64,000 nucleotides of DNA from Chrysomallon squamiferum (lineage: Eukaryota; Animalia; Mollusca), in the NCBI GenBank assembly GCA_012295275.1, contig CM022676.1:2666001-2730000 (forward strand), in the 5' to 3' direction. A model generated the notes under the pieces. The model searched no databases, was not told where the DNA came from, and worked only from the letters and a program-made list of their open reading frames with translations. Shown piece by piece: positions 43,286 to 59,018 of the stretch. The translations under genes were made by a program, and so were the position numbers. How positions within the stretch are numbered: position 1 is the first letter of the stretch; the number at the start of each line of letters is the position of its first letter.

Positions 43286-43768
43286 CGGTGACATAAAGAA
43301 ACTATACCCTCTGTGATTGTTGTCTCCCCTAGTCTAATGTAAAATCTAAGAAATAAAATCTGCGATTAAAGCACTGACTTAGTTTTTTTAACTGAAAATA
43401 ATCTTTATAAACTGTTGAATGGTCTGCACATATCGAGACAGTTGTTGCACACTCAACAGGAGATGTTATTGTTTTATTTTAAATACAAGGCGCTAGTCAA
43501 GCACTGGAAGAAAGCAGATACGAAATAACATGAAAATGAAAGAGAGAATACACAAATGGAAGGGGAGAAGAAAGTATAAGAAAGGAGAAAGAGAAGAAAA
43601 CACAATTTAGAACATATAATCTATTTATGCTTTATAAATATTATAAATAATTACTTTTGTCCACTGTTAAAGATTTTCCGGTATAATTATAAATAACTAT
43701 CTCACAATCCTTTGTAAAAATTTCACATTTAAATAGACTTTAAGATTAAATTTATTAAATAACAATGA

Positions 43769-43819
<51 letters not shown>

Positions 43820-44780
43820 TAATAATAATAATAAATAAATAAATAAATAAAGTAAATGCACTTCACAGGTACTGATAGTAAAAAAAAGATTAAAAGTAAA
43901 ATTTTATTAATTCATATAAATAAAGGCTGCTTTCATTTTAGTACTTGATATATTATTTAAAATTCAGAAGCTTATAAGGGTAGAATATTACGTTAGCTAG
44001 TTGAATAATTAAAGCAGTGCGTTAATCTAATTTAAGCACGAATTAAATCTCTAATAAGATTGGCAAAGAGTTAATAAATTAAATAGTTAATATATTCTGT
44101 TAAACAAAATAACCAACACACTGAAGAATGATAAGAACATGAAAGTGGAAATAACTGTCGACGAAGCTTTTAAAACAATTCGTAAAATAATTCTTGAGGA
44201 AGCTTTCAAAACAATTCGTTCTTTCTTGTTTTTCTTTATTCATTGCGCTGATTTGTTGTTCTCTTTATTTTGTATAAGTGCAGTGTTGGGTGTCATATGT
44301 TTATAGTTCTGCAGTGGTTGTTTTATATTTATAGTTGAGCATCTTTATCAGGTATCTGTGTCAGGTACATGCGATGTTATCTGATTGATGCTGCAGAAAA
44401 CTAATACACATATTCAGACGGTTACATTATATAATTTATTTTTGAAGTATATAAATACTCAGTAGTATTAAATACTCAGGCTTTCTTTCATTGAATTTGC
44501 TAGTGGGGGTATTCTTCTGTGAAAGTGTTTTTTAATTCTCATAAACTATAGGATTACTTAAGAGAGAAGACTGCAATACAGATATATAGTAACACAATTA
44601 CAGCGCTCATCCGGATCACTCAGGGGTTTGTTCACAATAGATTAACGTTGACTGGACGAGAGTTTCAAATGGTGCCGGTTTTCTTAAAGTAATTGTTTGA
44701 AGGGTCGTGAAAAAGCAACCAGACAGAGCTCAGTGAAGGAAGATATGTATGACAGACACACAGACAGAGAGTAAGTAGAC

Positions 44781-46318
44781 TTACACGAAGATGACAACGC
44801 CGACTACCACGAGTAGCATGGAACAGACTGAGTGAACAGCATCTACGGCATCTGTGGGCTTGGAAATAGCCGGTTCACCTAATTCAATAATACATGATAA
44901 TGAGGCAAGTCAACATGTTCAACGTATTAGACGCAATATGATGTACGTTGGAATTCGTGGCGAAGATTAAAATGTTCAAGTATATTGTAAAAATGATTTA
45001 GCAAAATTGCAGAAATATTGTTTTCGTTATGTTATTTTCATGGTATTGATTAAGTACTTTTATTTAATTATAGTAATAGATATATATATAGATTCAATCG
45101 CTGATAAACAGACAAAAAAGTATATAGTTATATATAATATAATACATACATACATACATACATACATACATAGATAGATAGATAGACTGATAGATAGATA
45201 CATGGATGGATGGATGGAGAGACAAACAGACTGAGAGACACACACACAGACAGAAGATAAAAGTCTATATTATAACGAATCTTATGTCATAATCAAATAA
45301 ATTAAACACTCATGACAATTTCAGTTTCAGTGATATTTATAAATGATTAAGCCAAGCTGTTACCTCATCAGCATGAAATAAGACAAAATTAAAATAAAAT
45401 AGTGAAATGTGTATTAATGCAGAACAGCAACAGAAAAGCTATTATTAGAAATAGCATCAAGACATACGATTAGTGTCAATTGTTATATATTAATTGTTAT
45501 ATGTAAAATATACTAAATGTGCTCACCCGAAACAAAAATCAAAGTCTACTTGTTACAAACAAAATTAAACTTACTTTAATGTATCACAATTTGAGCGACT
45601 CAGTATCTGTTTCACAATATAAATGACGTTTTTCGTTACCACAATAAAATAACACGAAATATAAAATATACTAAATGTGCTGACGCGAAACAGAAATCAA
45701 AGTGTTGTTGTTACAAACAAAATTAAACTTTCTACGTGTATGTGTACTGAAACTAAAATCAAGTTTATCAGTTACGTAATCCAATAATACAACAAATGGC
45801 AAAACATACAGATTAACAAGTTGAAACTGGACATAACAACGTTATAGTCGCTGCTATTTTCTTCCATTTAATCATTTCAATTCATTTTCCTTTTTAAAAC
45901 AATTTTGTTATACGTTACACATAACAATGGTTAGTTCCATACAGCAATGATTTTCATTCTAAAACCAATTAAAATGAAATCTTACTTTGAGTGTTGATGG
46001 TAAAGTTTGCAGAATAGAGCTCGATATTACCCACAATGCATCTGAACATTCGCATTGTTTCACTGAGAGATACAGTGTGATTTAAAACAGAACTTCCTCT
46101 GTTCTCACACCCAGATAGTCTAGGTGGGTCATCTTTGATTCTGTCTGTGTATGGATACGACATCCATGTCATGTCACCAGCGTACTTCCACTGCCACGAC
46201 CACGACTGTGCTGGGTTACCAACATTTCCATTTCACCTGAACTCCACAGTTTCAATGACAACATAGGAGTTGAACGCCTTTCTTGGTGTAACGATAATTT
46301 CAATTTCACCTGGCTTTG
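44781..46318 (-). pseudogene. Gene 6 relic: Ig2 exon (46318-45986, Cys codon TGT>TGA) + hydrophobic terminal exon (44878-44781)
   Basis: 333-nt Ig2 exon with a stop at 46235-46233; terminal exon EPAISKPTDAVDAVHSVCSMLLVVVGVVIFV*. Confidence 0.8.
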
Positions 46319-46520
46319 CTGAAACATAAAAACACGAAATAAATAAACACTGCGTCTTTCTGTAATTTAGTTCAATTATAAACGTTATATATATATTTAT
46401 TGAAAAGTATCATTAATCTTGTTTTCTTTGAATCATACGTGAAAAATTCCTGTTTTTTATTACTTAAGTTCAGAAATATTTGAAAAATGAACCGTAATGA
46501 CTAAATTAAAATGCAAAATT

Positions 46521-46580
46521 TGATTTAATTTACAGTCGGATAATATATATATATTCATTATCCGACTGTAAATTAAATCA
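46521..46580. repeat. Perfect 24-bp inverted repeat with a 12-nt loop at the head-to-head junction of two Ig2 exons
   Basis: tgatttaatttacagtcggataat / attatccgactgtaaattaaatca. Confidence 0.9.
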
Positions 46581-46634
46581 GATAGATACTATTTTACCAG
46601 TGCCCTACGTATTAACGTCCAGCCTTACGTTTAG

Positions 46635-48351
<1,717 letters not shown>

Positions 48352-48474
48352 AATTACAGATCTGTTTCATATCTATACAAATTTGTTTCATAGTATTTTT
48401 GACGTTTTTCAAAATACTACTCATGTATTTCTACGACAATTAAATATTTCTTAGCAAATCTGGATCTTCATTAC

Positions 48475-48790
48475 ATAGTGACGTATTTTATTATCTTACC
48501 TCTTTACTTAGTGATACAGTGATGTATTTCCTTACAGTAGTGACTTCTGACGTATTTCATAGCAGTAATGATGCTTTGACGTATTTCATTACTGCAATGA
48601 CGTAGTTCATAACAGTCGGGATGTACTGACGCATTTCATAATAGTAGTGAAGTACTGACTATTTCCTTATGGTAGTTATGCAATGACGTATTTTATAAGA
48701 CTAGTGTAGAATTGACATATTTCATAACAGTAGTAATATAGTAGTGATGCACTGACGTAATTTCTTACTATAGTGACGTGACGTTTTCTT
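48475..48790. repeat. Degenerate minisatellite, unit about 30 bp (tagtgatgtactgacgtatttcataacag)
   Basis: Recurring tgacgtattt cores downstream of the gene 7 stop. Confidence 0.7.
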
Positions 48791-49344
48791 AGTGTTTTTA
48801 TTTTATCGCTTTTGATGCATTCATTACACTTATGACATGTACATTTATAGTATGAACTATTTTATAACATTTTTTATGTATTGATATACAGTAGAGACGA
48901 GTTGATATTATTAACGTTTTTCACAACATCACGTATTTCTTCAAAATGATTGCATATTTCATTACTGTAATAGTGGATTTCTTAATGATACGTTGTGACT
49001 AAAGTATATCATAAACTAAAACATTGAACAAGATAATGCAAAATGCTAGTGCCATACAAACTGTCTGTGTAGTTTTCATATGATACTTGTAGAACTAAAA
49101 ATATGCTTTAAAAACAGTTGCATTTACAATTTTACTATTTCCTTATTAATTATGGATTTAAAGTGGCGCCACTGATTTGTTTAAATTTGAGATCCTGATT
49201 TTTTTATATTGTATATGTATAATATGTGTGTATATATATATATATGTATCTTTGTATGTGTGTGTATGTTTGTATATCTATGTCTGTTGTATGTTTTTTC
49301 TCTATGTGTGTGTATATGTGTGTTTGTGTGTATGTATATATAAC

Positions 49345-49393
<49 letters not shown>

Positions 49394-49899
49394 GAGTGCG
49401 GTGTCCTTCCATGCATATATGTAATATGCAAAGGTAAACCCACTTAAAATAATAGTTGTTCTGATTTCAAACGCATACAAAAGTAGTAATCAAAGTAAAT
49501 TAGTTGTTATTTACATAAAATAAATTAATTTTTGTTAAATCTATAAAAACTTAATTTAGGTACACAAAGAAATGAGCCAAATCCAAATAAAGAGAGACGT
49601 AAGATAAGGAGAAACTATTATCACTGAAGCTAATTAGGGCAAAACAGGAAAACATGTTTCGAAACATTAATTGGGTAAAAGGTATAAGAACAGATTTAAA
49701 GTACGTCAGTCACCTTCATATCGCCATGAGAAGATTGACATAAATGCCCAAGACTTGTGGGCCTTTGGCAATAACACATGTACTCTGCTGCCATTTTATG
49801 ACCTGCTTAACTTTACTGAAAGGGTTTCAGGATTTGATTTAATATTTAGGAAAGCACTGACTTTGTTCTATTATACTGAAGGTGCAGGCCAATACTGAA

Positions 49900-51345
49900 A
49901 ATCCTTATTTCTTCCAGGGCTAACTGCAGCTTTAACTGTCCTGAAAATGTGTGTTATCAACACCATCATATCAAAAAGGAATTGTTGCGAAGTGTATGGA
50001 AAACTGAGGAAGTCGAACTCCTCACTCTTTGAAGTGGGATCAAAACACGGGACATCAAGAGTATCTGTTCACATCATGAACAAGAACTTTTAATCAAATT
50101 TTCAACATTGCAGAAAAACTGTTGTGATCCCCTTAATCGCCACCCCGAGCAAGCACGCACTAGATCTTTAAGAATTGTTAGCATGGGCACTTACAAATGC
50201 TTAGTAAATCCTCCAAAGACACTAGTGCCAGGAGACAAGTTGTGCTGTGACTGTCTGATTACCCTTCAGAAATCAAAGGTCCTGCAGAGGATGGCTTTAG
50301 TATGGGTGGTATTACAATGGGAGAATTTGGTGATAACTTGCCAGACAAACCGCTGGTTATTGTTTCCCCAGAAAAGGACTTTGATTTGAATTCTATTCTG
50401 TTGAGTTTAGGCGAAACTCCTGTCAAACTCCATTCACTAGCAGATTCCAGTAAATGAATGAAAGGACAGAAAAAAACTAGCATCAGCTACAGTAACATTA
50501 AAATGACATCTTAATGTCTGAATCCTACCCAGAGTGTGTGCAAATCTTGATTTTGTCACCCTTTACCATTGAAAGGACAATGAATTGAAGGAGGAAATAA
50601 TCCAATTTTATGAAAGTGATGAGAACAGTAGAATGTGTCTGGGAATGAAGGATACAGTGAACATTTGAAACAAACATAGTGAGAAGGTTAAGCATCAGAA
50701 ACACCTAGTTCTCTGAAATTTATGTGAACTTTATGCATACATGTAGGCCTACAATGTCTTACTCGATGATCAAGAAAGATGGTGATCCCTAGCATCCAGA
50801 ATTGATCATTCAGGTTTTAGTTAATCAGATGTTAATGGCTGAAAACGTGTTAATTTCATGTATGTGCATTTTTTAAATCTATATTGTGGCTAAACAAAAA
50901 ATATTACACCCAGGAAACTTTTATATGTTTTAGTTAACATGTGGGAGATTAAATTTCAATAAAGGTCATCTCAAGATCACGTGATCCACACGGTCAATTC
51001 CAAGGTCATAGCAAAGGTCAAAAGGTCAAGGTACTCCAATATTTTCCAAACTAAACAAAAATGGCAGATTTGGTATCCTTGTCATTTTGCCTTTCTAACA
51101 ATACCAATTTTATGAAGATTGGCCCTGTAGTTCCTGAGATATGAGGATTCTAAGGTTGGTGGTCACACCCATTTTTGGCAAAAATCTCAAAATTCGGTGG
51201 GCCGTATCTCCCACACCACTGGTCTGATTGGGCTAATATTTCAGATTTGGTGCTGTGGGATCCCAGTCAACAAGTATACCAAGTTTTATAAAAATCTGAG
51301 ACGGTCGGGTTTAAACCATTGGGTGATTTGACACGGAATGACCCC
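49900..51345 (+). mobile_element. Internally deleted Sola2-like DNA transposon relic
   Basis: CCDPLNRH..SLRIVS..LVPGDKLCCDC and IIQFYESDENSRMCLGMKDTVNI*..KHQKHLVL*NLCELY, motifs I associate with Sola2-type transposases. Right end is ..GATTTGACACGGAATGACCCC; left end not found. Confidence 0.6.
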
Positions 51346-51402
51346 TTATCATTTTTTGTTCACATTTCGATTGCAGTATTTATACATATTTATAATATAT
51401 AA

Positions 51403-51403
51403 C

Positions 51404-51478
<75 letters not shown>

Positions 51479-51578
51479 CAATATGGTGATATGTAGAATA
51501 GTAAAACAACAAGGAAAATAAAAACAGGAATGAATAATTTCGAATAACATAATAATATATAACAATAATAATGATAAT

Positions 51579-51618
<40 letters not shown>

Positions 51619-51640
51619 TAATAATAATAATAATAAACAA
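51403..51640. repeat. (AAT)n microsatellites within a local tandem duplication of about 160 bp
   Basis: aataaacaatatggtgatatgtagaatagtaaaacaacaaggaaaataaaa occurs twice. Confidence 0.9.
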
Positions 51641-51689
51641 TATGGTGATATGTAGAATAGTAAAACAACAAGGAAAATAAAACACAGGA

Positions 51690-52275
51690 TGTGTGATGAT
51701 GGTAAAGTTTGCAGAATACATCTCCTTGTTACCCACAATGCATCTGAACATTGGTGTGTTGTCACTGAGAGATACAGTGTGATTTAAAACAGAACGTCCT
51801 CTGTTCTCACACCCAGATAGTCTAGGTGGGTCATCTTTGATTCTGTCTGTGTTTGGATACGACATCCACAACATCCCACAAGGTTACTTCCAGTACCACG
51901 ATCATGACTATGCTGGGTTACAAACATTTCCATTACACCTGAATTCTACAGTAATTCGGAAACAATGTACGCATTGAAAATCCCTTTTGGTGTAACGATC
52001 ACTTCAATTTCACTTCGCTTTGCTTAAATTGATACATGCTTTACTGTAATTTTGTTTCCACATAAAGGTTTATTTCTTTTCATTTTTGATTTGTTTTGTT
52101 TTGATTTTGTTTTAATTATTAAAGTGAAGTGTACCGGAGTTGTTGATATTTTTTCTCTTCAGTGACACAGAATTAGGTACATCAACCTGAATGATGTTAC
52201 CGATACTACATCTGACTGTCACAGGAAATCCTCGATGTACACGAAGTGGATTTACTCTCATTTGTGCGGCTTTAG
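51690..52275 (-). pseudogene. Gene 8 relic: truncated V exon (52275 to about 52125) + degenerate Ig2 exon (52022 to about 51690)
   Basis: AKAAQMRVNPLRVHRGFPVTVRCSIGNIIQVDVPNSVSLKRKNINNSGT then lost; the Ig2 copy has stops, frameshifts and no donor. Confidence 0.8.
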
Positions 52276-53175
52276 CTGTAACTAAAATGCATAAACAAAC
52301 AACGTATAAAATCAGATGGTTGTTATAACACTATTTATTTCTTGAACAATGTAATATGTGTGAATACCCGAAATGACAGAAAATTCCAAACAAGTGAGTG
52401 AACATCATGACGAGCCATAAGAAAAGTGACTAAAGTTCTGTTTACAATACCACACCACTCAAGTGTCAGTGTAAATCTTTACTTAAACTCAAATCAAATG
52501 ATTACACAAACTGCACATGAAGATGAACCTGAATGTTAAGCAGAGACACGTTTCAGATCCTTAACATGATATATTTGTATAGTAAGTCACTTGTTTTTTT
52601 AACACAAATCACCTAATACTCAGTCTGAGTTATATGATAGGAACCAGCACCTTTGCTCTTATTTACTGTGTGCGAGTCTTCAGTAAACCAGCTGCCACAG
52701 TAGAACAGGACTCATTACAGGTGGACTACTGTTCAGTTCGTCTGGATCTTGTTTCTAGTGTGACTTTGTGACTGCTGCTTGTTACAAGTTCCTGACAGGT
52801 GCATTTTACTTATTTCCGTGTATCTATAACATGAAGTCCAACGGATGGTTCGCAAACTGGATATGGCAGAAACAAGATCATCCCCGTTTTCTATCTCTCT
52901 TGGCAAAGACTACGATTTGTAAGTTAATTGGCCTTTACGTCCAAACATATATAAAGAAAAATTCACCATTCATTGTAAATATTTCACTGTATCTTTAACT
53001 GTAGTTCATTTATATCTCAATATTTTATCACTAAGCTGAGACAAAATCAAAATCTTTGAATAATGAACAAAAAGTAACAATAAAATAATGTATTCTGCTA
53101 CTAAACTAAGTAATTAAATGTAATTATTAAAATATAAAATTCATACATCAAAAGTAAAGTGAAATCAAGTCTTAC

Positions 53176-53296
53176 TTTGAGTGGTGATGGTAAAGTTTGC
53201 AGAATACAGCTCGTTGTTACCCACAATGCATCTGAACATTTGTGTGTTCTCACTGAGAGATACAGTGTGTGTTAAAAGAGAATTTCCTCTATTCTC
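53176..53296 (-). pseudogene. 3' fragment of an Ig2 exon
   Basis: NRGNSLLTHTVSLSENTQMFRCIVGNNELYSANFTITTQ|gtaaga, fused directly to upstream intron sequence. Confidence 0.8.
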
Positions 53297-53820
53297 TATT
53301 GTGATTTTCTGTAATTCTATAAACTTTTTAAAAATAATTGTTCTGTTAAAAATGTTCGTTTTTAGTATTTTATATTTTTTTTTCTGTTGTCAGATTTTAA
53401 ACAATCATAAATAAGAGAAATAAAATTGCTGAAGTACATCACCAAATCATATTATATAAAAATCACGCCTTCACTTATTTTCAATGGTAATTTTAGAAAA
53501 TCAATTATAACAAACGACATTTTTCACATACATCAAACGCGTTTATCTAATATTATAAACTCTTCCCTTACTTTGTTATATAATCAGTAATAACAAAAAT
53601 CAAGTTTTTCGAATGTATCTATGTTGATTAAGTTTTATAAGTTGGTCTTTGTTTCTACACTGAAACCCACATATCCATGAAAATATGTACTACAGATAAT
53701 ATTTTAAAAGTAAATGTGGCATCTCAAGAAAAAAAGAGATAAGACAAGCGGGGCTTCCACAACCCAAGTTTCACTTTCATTTACATTGAGATAATAGGAA
53801 AGGAACTTGAAACTTTGCTC
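53297..53820. repeat. Inverted duplicate of about 62878-63398 (Ig2 upstream intron)
   Basis: Reverse-complement match, e.g. aaaatcacgccttcacttattttcaatggtaattttagaaaatcaattataacaaacgacattttt. Confidence 0.85.
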
Positions 53821-53841
53821 TTCCTTTATACAATCTCCTTC

Positions 53842-54255
53842 TTAATATTAATTATACTACAAACACTACACATATAAAATAAATGGCATTATTAATATTA
53901 ATTATACTACAAATAATACAGATTTAAAATAAATGGCATTGTTAATATTAATTATATTACAAACAATACACATATAAAATAAATCACCTTATTAATATTA
54001 ATTATACTACAAATATAAAGAACAAACAATACACATATAAAATAAATCTCCTAGTTAATATTAATTATACTACAAACACTACACATATAAAATAAATCTA
54101 ATTTGTAAATTTAATGATTCTAAGAATATAAAACTGCAAGCAATACAGATATAAAATAAATCTCTTGGCTATTATTAATTCTACTACACATTTAAAACAC
54201 CAAATAATGCAGACATAAAATAAATATTGTTGATAATGTTAATTATACTACAAAG
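53842..54255. repeat. Minisatellite, unit about 48 bp (ttaatattaattatactacaaacactacacatataaaataaat..)
   Basis: About 7 tandem, partly degenerate copies. Confidence 0.85.
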
Positions 54256-54417
54256 ACAAAACATGAAAACGAAACCGAAAAAAATTTAAGAAAAAAAAAA
54301 AAAAAATTAGCCCTCCTCTACTGAAAATATGAATCTCGTGACTGTTTATTAAGAATTATTTAATATAAAAACAACCATAGGTTTGACATCTTGGATATAT
54401 AAGACACGGAATTTTTG

Positions 54418-57400
54418 AGGTTAAATACATATATAGATTTAGGTATACATATAGATAGAGAGATACATAGATAGATGTAATTACGTGAGAAGTATGTATA
54501 TCTAAGTTATCTATGTATTTATTTATCTGTGCATATATATATCCATATATATATATGTATATTTGGATATATAAGGAAAAATACGAACAGACAGACAGAC
54601 ATGTTGGTAGACTACTGTAGAGAGGAAAAGATAGACAACACTGCTTCACCGTTTCACAGACTTATACGACGAAGAAAACGCTGACTACGACGAGTAACAC
54701 AGAAGAGACTACAGCAACGGCAGTTACAGCAGTTTTGTTACATTCCACATCAGTTGTATTTCCTTTTACAATCGATGACTCAGCAATCTCTGTAGACTTT
54801 GTAGATGGCTTGAAAGATGTTCCTATAATTAATTATTATAAAACAAGTCAATACCATCCATGACTATACTATCACAATAATTGACTCATATAATTGTTTA
54901 GTCCGTGTAGTCAAATTAATTTTCAACTTCAAGGTAAACAAAATCAACTTCACTGTAAAGATGTGTTGACAAAATAATTATTTAAGACGTTACATATATA
55001 GATTGTATTATCTTTATTTTTATAGCTATCCTCATTATTACATCTAAATCTTATAAATTTAGGAGTAACTGTAAAGCTTACTAAGCGGTATAAACCACGA
55101 GTTTCAAACTTGTAAAGTTATCAGCATCAAATAACATAAAATAAAAATATCGTAGTATCTATAATGCAGACTAAAAATACAAAAATTTCATATTACTATT
55201 AATACCAACACTTACTTTCAGTGTAAAATAAACACAATGCCTATGAAAAAAAACCCACATAAATAAATAAATAAAAATTACAAATTAACATGGGAAAATT
55301 TACAAATATACTACCTGGTTTGATGAGCTTTTCTGTAATATAAAAACACAAAAAGTGTTGAGAAATAAACGATTATGAAAAATATTTTACTTGCTGAGGT
55401 AAATGTTAAAATATTTATGTTGTAATAGACATTATTGTGCACGGTCAACACACTACAAAAATATAAATCCGTCATTTCACAATTATCTTTACCCGATGAA
55501 TAACACAGCAATAATTAGATTGATTCATATGATATTATTTATACGTCAGCACCAATTGAAATCTAATTCTTTATGATCTATTGTGCTGGTACGTTCGAGT
55601 TACATTTTAAACTGAAATGAGTCAGTATTAACATTGTTTATACATAAACAAGACGGTACTTTTCATTTATAAAAAATAAAAATGAGATTTACAAATAAAA
55701 TAATTATTACTTTTATATTGATACAGCACACAAACAAACAGGAAAACAGAAACACATGCAGAAGTGCATAGATGAAATGAAAACTGCATACTGCAGAAAG
55801 ATGCTTAGCTGCAGTGATTAACAGAAAAATGGAAAGAAAGTAACGTTGAGTGCAGTGCTAATACACTGACTGTTCATAGTTTGTGTTTCAACACATCAAG
55901 CAGCCTATTCGTGTTGGGTGACTGAAAGATAATAAATCATTATTTACGTAATCCAATAAGCTGGCTTCTACAAGAAATGACAAAACATGGAATTTAACAA
56001 ATTAAAACAGGACATAACATCAACATGATGGCTGTCATTTTCTTCCGTTAAATCATTTCAATTCAGTTGCCTTCTTAAAACAGTGTTGTTATACGTTACA
56101 CATAACAATGGTTTGCTCATACAGCAATGATTTTCATTCTAAAACCAAATAAATTGAAATCTTACTTTCAGTATTGATGGTAAAGTTTGCAGAATACAAC
56201 TCAGTATTACCCACAATGCATCTGAACATTCGTGCGTTGTCAGTGAGAGATACAGTGTGATTTAAAACAGAACTTCCTCTGTTCTCACACCCAGATAGTG
56301 TAGGTGGGTCATCTTTGATTCTGTCTGTGTTTGGGTACGGCATCCACTTCATGTCAGCAGCGTACTTCCACTGCCACGACCACGACTGTGCTGGGTTACC
56401 AACATTTCCATTACACCTGAACTCTACAGTTTCACTGACATCATAGGGGTTGATCTCCTTTCTTGGTGTAACGATCATTTCGATTTCACCTGGTTTTGCT
56501 GAAATATAAAAACACGAAATAAATAAACACTGCTTTTTTCTATAATTTAGTTCAATTATATATATATAGACAGTTAGATACTTAGACGAAATTTGTATTA
56601 TATACAAATATACTTTTTTCGACTAATTTTGAAAAGTAATTGTTTCTGTTGAACATTTTCTTTCTCGCTTATTGACTTAGATATTTTTACACAAGTACAA
56701 ATAACAGACATAAAACAGATGAACATTTCCCTTATCTGAAATGGCATCTTCACTTACTTTCTCTAGTAATGTTCTATAATCAGTAATAAAACAAGTGAAT
56801 TCACCCAAATACAACAACTAATATTATATAAAACCAAGTTTTAACTTACTTTCGTTAGTAATGTTATATAATCAACAACAACAGATATGAAATTCTCCAA
56901 ATGCACGACAACTCATAAAAATAAATGAAGTTTTCACTTACTTAGAATGGTGATGTTATCAGAACTTTCAGAGGTATCTGGATTACCAGCAAGTGTGTTA
57001 TAACCAATTACACATAAATATTCTCCTGAATCACTGCAAGTCATTCCTGTCAGTTGAATCTGGATGAAAGATCCTGATTTGTCATTGTTGTCAGACTTTC
57101 CTGTCACTGTCGCTCTAGATCCAAAGTTGTTTACATCTTTTAAAACAGCTTTACCTCCATTCTTTAGAGTGATAGCAGAAGCTATGGTAACCGTAGTACT
57201 GCGATTGCTGAGAAGTCTTCTGCTTACTGATACAGAAGTAAGTATATCAACCTCACTGATAATGTTACCAAGACTACATTTGACTGTCACGGGAACTTCT
57301 TCATAAACAGGACGTGGGCTGATTGTCAGTTGTGCGGCTTCACCTGTAAGTAAACATGTACAAAGAAATAACTCAAAAATGTAGTAAACGTTTCCATTGT

Positions 57401-58960
57401 CAATGTTATATATTTCTTAATCTGCATAATACGTTTATCATATAAATCAGAAGAAAACATTAATTTTAATTTAATGAGTTTGCTTCCATATTTCAAATAT
57501 TTCATCACATATTGTAGCGAAATTGAAGAATTTTTCTATGTCATATTCATAGAATAATAGATTAGTAATGTATTTAAATAAATTTAAACCACTAAGTTTG
57601 AAAAAAAAAAAAATGAAACAATAATATTCTCAAAAGATTATTTAAAATGCAAAAGATTAATAATAGAATAAGAACATTTTTCGAAATAAAATGTAAATAA
57701 AAACATAGTATTTAAGAGGAAAGTATAATTGACGGGAGTAATATGATTATATTTTCAAACACACGGATACACTCAGATAGAGAGAAGGACAGACAGTCAG
57801 CCAGACAGAGAGAGAGAAACAGCCATGCACACAATACAAATAGATTTCATTTGTATTTCAAAAATAAATTATATAATGTAACGGTCTGAATGTAGGTATT
57901 AATATATTGCAATATCAGTCAGATAACATCGCATGTACATGAAGCAGCTATATTTTGATAAAGATAATCAGTTACAAATAAAAAAAAACAACTCGAGAAC
58001 TATAAATATATGACACCAACACTGCACTTATCCAAACTAAAAATCTCTTATAAACCTGTTTATAAAATACTTGAAAACTGAAGACTTGTATTTACAGCTA
58101 AACAAAAACAAATTAAGTAAAACTCACCAGTTGAAGTCAATGTTAAACTTGTTAATAAAATAACAGTCATTGCTGTGGACATGGTTAAACAATCTAAGAA
58201 CAACGTAAATGAAGAAATGTAACACTAAGAGATAAAAAAAGAAATCAGTTCAAAAACCTATTTATAAAATACTTAATCGTCTCATCGACATGTCTGTGAA
58301 AGACAAGTGTTATAGTTATTAAGACAGAAACAAAAACAAATAAAGTAGAACTTACCAGTTGAAGTCAATGTTAAACTTGTTAATAAAATAACAGTGATTA
58401 CTGTGGACATGGCTAAAAAATCTAAGAAAAACCGAAAAGTTTTTTACCGGATGTAAATTACGGGTCATGTGACCGGTGACATAAAGAAACTATACCCTCT
58501 GTGATTGTTGTATCCGCTAGTCTAATGTAAAATTTAACAAATAAAATCTGCGATTAAAGCACTGACTTAGTTTTTTTAACTGTAAATAATCTTTATAAAC
58601 TGTTGAATGGTCTGCACATATCGAGACAGTTGTTGCACACTCAACAGGAGATGTTATTGTTTTATTTTAAATACAAGGCGCTAGTCAAGCACTGGAAGAA
58701 AGCAGATACGAAATAACATGAAAATGAAAGAGAGAATACACAAATGGAAGGGGAGAAGAAAGTATAAGAAAGGAGAAAGAGAAGAAAACACAATTTAGAA
58801 CATATAATCTATTTATGCTTTATAAATATTATAAATAATTACTTTTGTTCACTGTTAAAGATTTTCCTGTCTAATTATAAATAACTATGTCACAATTTGT
58901 AAAACATTTCACTTTGAATAGACTTTAAGATTAAATGTATTAAATAACAATAACAATGAA

Positions 58961-59018
<58 letters not shown>

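Larger units (their letters stand above)
37140..45950. repeat. Segmental duplication, copy A (copy B about 54418-61190)
   Basis: Long colinear near-identity of introns, exons, promoter and microsatellites. Copy B lacks the equivalent of about 40.5-42.8 kb; copy A lacks about 300 bp equivalent to 55835-56135. Confidence 0.9.

Noticed and set aside
52620-52770. Possible degenerate GPI-signal exon (..LNSSPPVMSPVLLWQLVY*) downstream of the 53176 Ig2 fragment
   Set aside because: No clean acceptor or frame, and no similarity to the family terminal exons.
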